A stretch of DNA of 64,000 bases from a virus, in the IMG/VR virus record IMGVR_UViG_3300028151_000001, positions 6,095-70,094 of that record; one strand, given 5' to 3'. Of this stretch, positions 18,291 to 24,446 are shown one piece after another. Position 1 is the stretch's first letter. Every line of letters starts with the position of its first letter. The position numbers and the translations under genes were made by a program. The notes beneath the pieces were generated by a model, which worked only from the letters and a program-made list of their open reading frames with translations, was not told the origin of the DNA and ran no database searches.

Positions 18291-18441
18291 TTTGATTCTC
18301 CTCCTCAACAATATCCAACACCATCATAACAAGCTCCTCTGCACCAAAATAACTCTTGTCCTCAAGATCATCGCTCACTTCATTAACGTAGTCAAGGTAT
18401 TTCTCAAGGATAAGCTTACGTTGTTCTTTTGTGAATGTCAT
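18283..18441 (-). CDS. small acidic hypothetical protein (52 aa), not in ORF track
   Basis: MTFTKEQRKLILEKYLDYVNEVSDDLEDKSYFGAEELVMMVLDIVEEENQID; fills gap. Confidence 0.65.
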   Translation of the reverse strand: MTFTKEQRKLILEKYLDYVNEVSDDLEDKSYFGAEELVMMVLDIVEEENQID

Positions 18442-18740
18442 TTCATGTCCTCAATAAAATCCTCTGGAAACACTTTGTACCACACCAAGATACACAACAC
18501 AATAGGCCATGCAATTAAATTAGCAACAAGTATTGTTGTCCACACAATTGCATTCAAAAGATTGTCTGGCGTATTCCTCATGTCACGTCTATCTTCATTG
18601 GATGTTTCTGGATCATTTTCATGTGCTTTACGCCAAGCCTTAACGATCCCTCCGTATGGACGAGAAACGTTTTCAAGCCATGATTTTACCAATAGAAACG
18701 AGCATATTGCACAGATTATGTGGGCTAGGAGGGTGGTCAT
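18438..18740 (-). CDS. membrane protein (two hydrophobic segments)
   Basis: ORF track; hydropathy by eye. Confidence 0.75.
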   Translation of the reverse strand: MTTLLAHIICAICSFLLVKSWLENVSRPYGGIVKAWRKAHENDPETSNEDRRDMRNTPDNLLNAIVWTTILVANLIAWPIVLCILVWYKVFPEDFIEDMK

Positions 18741-18937
18741 TCCAGTTCATCTCCCTTTTGCCCGCAATATTGATAAAAGTCTTCCAGATTCCCCATCGCC
18801 TTATTCAAAGATTTCAAAGCTTTCTTGTTTGATTTCTTTTCTCCCACTGGATGCTCTATCAACTCTCGTTGAATCATCATTTGGATGATGTGGGCTGTAT
18901 GTAAAGCTTCGTGGTAGTGGAATTTATCTAGTTTCAT
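18737..18937 (-). CDS. hypothetical protein
   Basis: ORF track; ATGA coupling. Confidence 0.7.
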   Translation of the reverse strand: MKLDKFHYHEALHTAHIIQMMIQRELIEHPVGEKKSNKKALKSLNKAMGNLEDFYQYCGQKGDELE

Positions 18938-19140
18938 TTATATTTATCCGCTTCAGTCATCATTCTCAATGCTAATTCTGAGACTTTTTGTCTCCACAAC
19001 CTTTCTTGCTCTAAATGCTTTGTCCTGTCATTACTTCTATAATCACAAGGCCCAACTAGGCTTACAGCAGATAAGAAAAATGTGTCAAATCTTGATAGTG
19101 GATTACTCATTTTCTTCAGCCTCGTATTTAGAAAAAGCAT
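18934..19140 (-). CDS. hypothetical protein (start uncertain)
   Basis: ORF track. Confidence 0.55.
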   Translation of the reverse strand: MLFLNTRLKKMSNPLSRFDTFFLSAVSLVGPCDYRSNDRTKHLEQERLWRQKVSELALRMMTEADKYK

Positions 19141-19303
19141 CGTGTAGGATCATCTCAGCCTGTCCGTTCCAATTGAAGTTAAGCTGATCTTGCATCTCCT
19201 CATATGAGAATCCAAGTTCCCTCATTGCACACAAGGCTTCCTTACGAGCTTCAAGGAAATCACCCCACCACTTGTAGCTATCTGCGTATTCTTTTAAAGT
19301 CAT
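19103..19303 (-). CDS. hypothetical protein
   Basis: ORF track. Confidence 0.7.
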   Translation of the reverse strand: MTLKEYADSYKWWGDFLEARKEALCAMRELGFSYEEMQDQLNFNWNGQAEMILHDAFSKYEAEENE

Positions 19304-19308
19304 TTAAT

Positions 19309-19512
19309 TTACTCGCTTGGGTTCTCTGGCAGGGGCATCCAATGTGTGATGTCTTGAACAACAATATTGTGGCATTGTGATTTTGTCCAGTCTTTCCACA
19401 AACCCTCGGAATATGCCATGCAATTAACAGCCCCATCTGCATAAACAAGAACCCAAGCAGACTTATCTTTTGGACAAGGATATCCACTTTCTTTAATACT
19501 TACCCATCCCAT
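19309..19512 (-). CDS. DUF551-like protein
   Basis: W.S.KE..P......VLV ... ITHWMPLPE signature. Confidence 0.8.
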   Translation of the reverse strand: MGWVSIKESGYPCPKDKSAWVLVYADGAVNCMAYSEGLWKDWTKSQCHNIVVQDITHWMPLPENPSE

Positions 19513-19555
19513 ATTTATCTCCCCTCAATTATCGACAATCTGCCGTTGTGCAATC

Positions 19556-19584
19556 ATGATACCAAGCTATTTTGTGCATTGCAA
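19556..19584 (-). promoter_or_regulatory. sigma70-type promoter heading the leftward block
   Basis: TTGCAA-17 nt-TATCAT on minus strand. Confidence 0.7.
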
Positions 19585-19630
19585 GGGGCTGACTGCATTT
19601 ATTTGTGCGAGAGGTTTGTCGTGGTGTGGC

Positions 19631-19660
19631 TTGACAGGGGATAAAGGGGGGGTGTACATT
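19631..19660 (+). promoter_or_regulatory. possible sigma70-type promoter for the rightward block
   Basis: TTGACA-18 nt-TACATT, divergent from the 19556 promoter. Confidence 0.5.
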
Positions 19661-19851
19661 GGTTGGAGATTTGGAGGTGGGCTAGGTTAAATAGTTGATC
19701 ATTTTTTGTACTATAAAATCCTAATCTCCTCTACAGCCCTTACAGACCGGGGCTTAAGCAAATAAATGTTATACAATACAACCTACCTATCTGTATCTAT
19801 CTACCAGATATCTTATAGGGCTTAATACAGAGATTTTAACAAGGAGAGAGG

Positions 19852-21204
19852 ATGATATATGAATTAAAGGATATGAATGAGGTAGAGAGATACATGCTTA
19901 CTCTATGCTCCAAGGATTCATATCTCTACTACCATAAAACAAAGATGTATGAATCTGTAGTCGTAGAATTGCTATCAAAGACAAAGGATAAATGGGAGAA
20001 TGCGGTAAGATGGTTTGTAACCAATACAGCCAGAGGTTTGAAGCATAAAGCCCATGCTATGAATGTGTCTCTTCTTTCCAACTACTACTCCAAGAACGTA
20101 TGTGGTATTGGATACAGGAATGTTAAATCATTACTTGACTTACTGGAGTCAAAAGGTTATATTCACATCTATAAAGGGTTTGTAGAAGAGTGGGAAGTGA
20201 GGGATAAAAAGCTTGTTCCTGTAAAAGCCTTCCGTTCTGTTGTCCTCTTTAGGAAGAGATACCTTGAGCTTTGGAATGACATACCGGTGGATCTATACGC
20301 TAAGGGCACTGAGCTAGAATTAATTAACCTGAAAACCAGAAAGACAAAAGAAGATATTTCTCTTAAAGGAAAGGCAGGTGTTACAAACATGAGAAAGGAG
20401 ATGGAATTGTATAACGAAAATCTTTACAGTGCTGACATTAAATTCAACGGACAGCCAATTGCTGTTGTTGAATACAAACGTGAGTTTCTTGATAATCTAA
20501 ACTCATGTGGTCGAGTTTTCGCAGCAGGCGGGGGTGTTCAGCTACTTCCACAACGGTATCGTGCAGATTTCCTTACAATTGACAATGAGAGTGTTGTGGA
20601 GCTTGACTTTTCATCAATCCACCCCAACATATGCTATCAATTGATCCACAACAGTGGGCAAGATGTGCGAGGTATTCTTGGTGAAGACTTTAAACCTTAT
20701 GATGCTAAGCTTGATTTTGTAAAAGTAGACTGGATGCTTATTGAACAGCATAAAAAGAAGTTTGGTATTGAGTCTTATGACCCTGTTCGTAACATCGCGA
20801 AGCTTGCTCTGTTGGTGGGCATGAATTGTGTAGACATTGAAGAGGCTATTGGGGCTGTTAGTCAGAAGCTTAAAAATGATTATCAGAAGGATGAGGTTAA
20901 GCGTAAATTTGTTGGATTGGTCAGTAAAGTGCCAGTAAGAGCTATCCTTGAGGCAATCAGGGAACATAACTTTTTGATTGAGGATTATTTCTTTAATGAC
21001 TATGGTGTGCAGCTCCAAAACATAGACAGCAAGATTGCAAGCTCCGTTATCTCAACACTGGTACAGCTTGACATCACTGTGCTGTCTTACCACGATAGTT
21101 TCGTGACAGCAGCAAAGCATGAGAAAGTTTTGAGGCAAGCCATGTATGATGCATGGTCTGATAATTTAAAAGATGCTACATTTGCCAAGGCAGATAAGAA
21201 ATGA
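19852..21204 (+). CDS. uncharacterised family-A polymerase-like protein (PolA/T7-RNAP-type palm, no exonuclease, N-terminal wHTH-like region)
   Basis: CGRVF...VQLLP (motif 2a-like), ELDFSSIHP (motif A), RNIAK (motif B), LQNIDS, SYHDSF (motif C). Confidence 0.6.
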   Translation: MIYELKDMNEVERYMLTLCSKDSYLYYHKTKMYESVVVELLSKTKDKWENAVRWFVTNTARGLKHKAHAMNVSLLSNYYSKNVCGIGYRNVKSLLDLLESKGYIHIYKGFVEEWEVRDKKLVPVKAFRSVVLFRKRYLELWNDIPVDLYAKGTELELINLKTRKTKEDISLKGKAGVTNMRKEMELYNENLYSADIKFNGQPIAVVEYKREFLDNLNSCGRVFAAGGGVQLLPQRYRADFLTIDNESVVELDFSSIHPNICYQLIHNSGQDVRGILGEDFKPYDAKLDFVKVDWMLIEQHKKKFGIESYDPVRNIAKLALLVGMNCVDIEEAIGAVSQKLKNDYQKDEVKRKFVGLVSKVPVRAILEAIREHNFLIEDYFFNDYGVQLQNIDSKIASSVISTLVQLDITVLSYHDSFVTAAKHEKVLRQAMYDAWSDNLKDATFAKADKK

Positions 21205-21428
21205 ATGACATAGATAAATTCTGCCCTTGCTGTGAACAAGGAGAACTTTTCAATAAAAAGAAAACAAGAAAAGCTACATATCTAGGGGTTAAGGGTGAAA
21301 TACTGATGTATTACTCTGTTTGTAGCTACTGTGGAACTGAACAAGCTTGCATGTCTCAAGTAGAAGTAAATGCAGACAATCTGATCTGCTTTCATAGAAC
21401 AGTTGAAAGGTTTGTCTTTAATAAATAA
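21201..21428 (+). CDS. YgiT/MqsA-type zinc-finger protein
   Basis: CPCCEQG...T.KATYLG......Y.VCSYCG; ATGA coupled to the polymerase-like gene. Confidence 0.6.
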   Translation: MNDIDKFCPCCEQGELFNKKKTRKATYLGVKGEILMYYSVCSYCGTEQACMSQVEVNADNLICFHRTVERFVFNK

Positions 21429-21495
21429 TTTCACCAACACTTGACAAATAACTATTGTCTGTGATTAACTAAGTACATAAATTAAACAAAAGAGG

Positions 21496-21681
21496 TTGTC
21501 CACTATGGGCGAAGTAAGTTTTTGTTCACAGTGTGGTCGCCTTGACGGATATTGCGTCTGTGAAATTGAAGTAGAATACTTGGAAGACAGTATGGAAGTG
21601 TTTAGGGTGGAGTGGGCTTTTGAAAGCCTAACTTGCCCAGACGAAACTATGTACAAAACTATTTTACCAAAGTATGAATAA
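21496..21681 (+). CDS. small Cys-rich hypothetical protein (likely ATG 21505)
   Basis: ORF track; CSQCG...CVC; GAGG SD. Confidence 0.6.
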   Translation: MSTMGEVSFCSQCGRLDGYCVCEIEVEYLEDSMEVFRVEWAFESLTCPDETMYKTILPKYE

Positions 21682-21687
21682 AGTGCT

Positions 21688-21716
21688 TGACAGAAACCCC
21701 TAACTGTGTAATAATT
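21688..21716 (+). promoter_or_regulatory. possible promoter upstream of the ncRNA region
   Basis: TTGACA-17 nt-AATAAT (imperfect -10). Confidence 0.45.
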
Positions 21717-21849
21717 AGATATATTGATGGAGAAAAGATATGAATGAAGAGTACGAAGGGTTTTAAAGAGCAACAAATCCTTGGTGATATGGCACGATTC
21801 TAGCAATTTCCATAATGTTTGTTGGTAGGATGAGAACAAGGATAAATTA

Positions 21850-21963
21850 ATTTGATGTACTTAGTGTGAATGCGGCTGTCTTTGATCCGTTCAACTCGGA
21901 TGTAGAAAGTGGTTTTCCAAAGGCATTGCTTAGCTAGTCAGGTGCAATTCCTGAACATCAAAT
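21850..21963 (+). ncRNA. tRNA-like structured RNA with a nested T-arm/D-arm insert
   Basis: ATTTGATGT/ACATCAAAT terminal stem; TCAGG-TGCAATT-CCTGA T-arm; inner ATCCG-TTCAACT-CGGAT and GAAAGTGGTTTTC hairpins closed by GTCTTTG/CAAAGGC. Confidence 0.5.
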
Positions 21964-22440
21964 GGGTTCGCACTTCACAAAACATGCTTAGGCTGAGTGG
22001 GTGTGACGCTGCCAGAGTTGGCATATGCAGCTATGATGCCGATAAGATTAGTCTTACGGTAGAACTCAAAACTAAAAAGACTGAACCGTCCCTATCAAGT
22101 GGTAGGTTGTCTTCTTGCCTGTAACAAGGCTAGTCCATGACAGTAAAGAGTTTTAATTCGGGATCTGTTTAGAAAGTCAGAATGCGAGCTACACGTGAGG
22201 ATGTTCAACTCGAAAGCTAATTTGGCCCTCCATTAGCAAGTAGAGCACAGTCGAGTTCTGATAAAGTCGTCTTACAAGAAACAGCGATAAGGTAATTACT
22301 CATCCTTATGTATGACTTGTAAGGTGCAATAATTTAGATTAGCTTGTCTGTCTATTTTAGCTGTACAGCTAATAGTGATGATTGAGCTAATAATGATTTG
22401 ACCCCCCAACACGAAGAATCAATTCTATAAAGTTGGGATT
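21964..22440 (+). ncRNA. candidate large structured non-coding RNA
   Basis: No credible ORF; dense short stems (GCCA-GAGT-TGGC, GCCT-GTAACA-AGGC, GCTAAT/ATTAGC, CTTACAAG/CTTGTAAG enclosing ATAAGG/CCTTAT, palindrome TAGCTGTACAGCTA). Confidence 0.4.
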
Positions 22441-22451
22441 CACCGCTGATA

Positions 22452-22624
22452 AGAGTCTTCTCCTACTCTGACTCAGTACTTAAAGACCTCAGAGGTTTCT
22501 CCTCCCCTTAAGGTCTTTCATGTTCTTGTGTCTTGCCCTCTCCTCTCGGCATGAGAACATTTTCTAAATAATCTTGTTGTTTATTAACGATATTGCCAGT
22601 TAGCTGGTCAGGATTATTTAGAAA
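22452..22624 (+). ncRNA. tandem hairpins with CUCCU-containing loops followed by a 16-bp stem
   Basis: Stems at 22452-22469, 22482-22518, 22520-22560 and 22561-22624 read directly from sequence. Confidence 0.5.
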
Positions 22625-22637
22625 ATAATATTCCTCA

Positions 22638-22740
22638 TGTGTATTTACTTGGTCTCATGGGTTCGTCTATTGGTTAAGACTCCACAAGCCGCCTCGTCGC
22701 AGGATAAAGCTGGTTCGATTCCAGCATCAAGAAGTACACA
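22638..22740 (+). tRNA. degenerate (pseudo) tRNA; anticodon not assignable (GTC/Asp-like remnant possible)
   Basis: Perfect T-arm GCTGG-TTCGATT-CCAGC, D-arm GTCT-ATTGGTTA-AGAC, acceptor CTTGGT/ATCAAG; poorly paired anticodon arm, no CCA. Confidence 0.5.
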
Positions 22741-22862
22741 GTAGAAATATTATTTAATAGTAAGAAGTCCCCTCTGTACAACAAGCGTCTCTTACATCTT
22801 AGGATTTAGTCACAGCATATTCGTTCTGACTAAACTCCGAACAATTGCGTAGGAATAATGAT

Positions 22863-23267
22863 ATGGCTAAGCAACCGCATACTCCAGCACAGCGTGCAAC
22901 ACGCTTCGATGGAGAGAAAAGCAATAGGAATGAAAAGGGTAATTCTTCTACCCGCATTAAGAAGAGTAAGCTTCGAGAACTTGCTGATAAGCTTCTGGAA
23001 CGTCAAGATATTGCGCTTCAGCTAGTGGATAAAAGTCTGGCTGGCACAGATGTTAATGCTGACAGCGTTGCTTCTGCCAAGTGGGTGCTGAACTCGATTG
23101 TAAGCGTAATTAAAAATGCTACGGCGGAAGAGCTTGGTTCATTTAATGCCCGACTGAAAGGCAAAAGGGATGAAGAAGAAGCTGAACAGACTCCGAAAGA
23201 GATTGCTGCTGAATTGAAGCCTCGTCTTAGTCTGGTTTTTGTTGACCCGGATGATAATGAAGAGTAG
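22863..23267 (+). CDS. putative terminase small subunit
   Basis: N-terminal TRFDGEKSNRN..GN motif typical of TerS-like proteins, helical body, upstream of terL; track start 22845. Confidence 0.5.
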   Translation: MAKQPHTPAQRATRFDGEKSNRNEKGNSSTRIKKSKLRELADKLLERQDIALQLVDKSLAGTDVNADSVASAKWVLNSIVSVIKNATAEELGSFNARLKGKRDEEEAEQTPKEIAAELKPRLSLVFVDPDDNEE

Positions 23268-23405
23268 TATCTGAAAGAATTAGGCCGCTGCAACGGCTTA
23301 AAACATTGTAACAGTAAGACCTCTATAGCAAGTTCCTTGATGAAGGGTTTGTTACAATGTCCCTGTTGCAGACATTAAGAAGCTTGACTATAGAGGTCTG
23401 ATAAA

Positions 23406-24065
23406 TTGGCAAGATTAGTTTCTGGTTTAGGTATTAATGATTTAGATTATGCTGTTGCACCCGTTATTAATGGAAAACAAGAACGTTGCCCATTCTATTT
23501 TAGATGGAAACATATGCTAACTCGATGCTCAGATATGTATAAAGAAAAAGATCGGGGAGTTTATGCAGATAAAGAAGTTCATCCAGAGTGGCTTAGAGCC
23601 AGCAACTTCAAATCTTGGATGGAGAATCAACATTGGCAAGGTTATGATTTAGATAAAGATATTCTAGTACCGGGCAACAAGATATACGGTCCAGATACTT
23701 GTGTGTTTATCCCACAGTGGCTAAACAAGGTAGTTATTTGCGCAGACAAAGCTAGAGGAAAATATCCTCTGGGTGTTTCTTATTTAACTGATAAGAATAT
23801 GGTGAATGAAAAATCAAAACCTTTCGTAAGCACGGTTAATATTTTTAAGGAAGGTAAATCTATCCTTGAGTATTTGGGTGTCTACTCTACACCAGAAGAT
23901 GCACATAAAGCGTGGCAAGTAGCAAAGATTGAATGTTTACAAATATCTATTGAAAGATATAAGTTAGAAAAAGGCTATGATCTAAGGGTAGAAAATTCCC
24001 TGCAAGCAAGGATTCAAAAGATAAAATTAGAAGCTGCTCAAAATTTAGAAACATTGAGCTTGTAA
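23406..24065 (+). CDS. HNH-type homing endonuclease with AP2-like C-terminus
   Basis: GLGIND...WKHMLTRC...YDLDKDIL..GNKIYGPDTCVFI; paralog of 2366 and 62057. Confidence 0.8.
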   Translation: MARLVSGLGINDLDYAVAPVINGKQERCPFYFRWKHMLTRCSDMYKEKDRGVYADKEVHPEWLRASNFKSWMENQHWQGYDLDKDILVPGNKIYGPDTCVFIPQWLNKVVICADKARGKYPLGVSYLTDKNMVNEKSKPFVSTVNIFKEGKSILEYLGVYSTPEDAHKAWQVAKIECLQISIERYKLEKGYDLRVENSLQARIQKIKLEAAQNLETLSL

Positions 24066-24147
24066 TTTTTACCTAAAGTGTCCTTGCTTTGACTGCACTA
24101 TAAATTTGTCAAGCACCTAATACAAAAATAATAAAGGTGTTTATTTT

Positions 24148-24435
24148 ATGGATTCACTGAATGATGTATTCCTTACGACCAATACTTGGGTAGATTTATA
24201 CACCCTCACAGGTATTGCTCCGGGAACATCTCTGATCGTCAATAATAAATCTGCTGCCACCGTATTTCTCCTAGTACGTGCAAGTCAGCCAGTAGGTACA
24301 TCCAATGATGGTTGGCCTTTGAAGCAAGGTAATCTAGATGGCAATTGGACTGTTATTGAAAAAGTCCCAGCATCGTCTAGAGTATGGGCTAAAGGTGCAT
24401 CTGGTGGTCGTCTCTTCGTAGAAACTTACGAATAA
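24148..24435 (+). CDS. putative small virion structural protein
   Basis: Beta-rich composition; precedes the fibre-like gene; AAGG SD. Confidence 0.55.
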   Translation: MDSLNDVFLTTNTWVDLYTLTGIAPGTSLIVNNKSAATVFLLVRASQPVGTSNDGWPLKQGNLDGNWTVIEKVPASSRVWAKGASGGRLFVETYE

Positions 24436-24446
24436 GGAGATAGACC

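Noticed and set aside
18292-18888. 198-aa plus-strand ORF
   Set aside because: Antisense to three well-coupled minus-strand genes that have SDs
21465-21839. 124-aa minus-strand ORF
   Set aside because: Opposes block orientation, overlaps a plus-strand ORF and promoter, no SD
21909-22124. 71-aa plus-strand ORF inside the structured region
   Set aside because: GTG start without SD; overlaps a tRNA-like fold; no recognisable motif (cannot be fully excluded)
21889-22212. Repeated 10-mer GTTCAACTCG (21889 and 22203) as a CRISPR-like or array repeat
   Set aside because: Only two copies, too short and irregularly spaced; compatible with chance or with T-loop convergence
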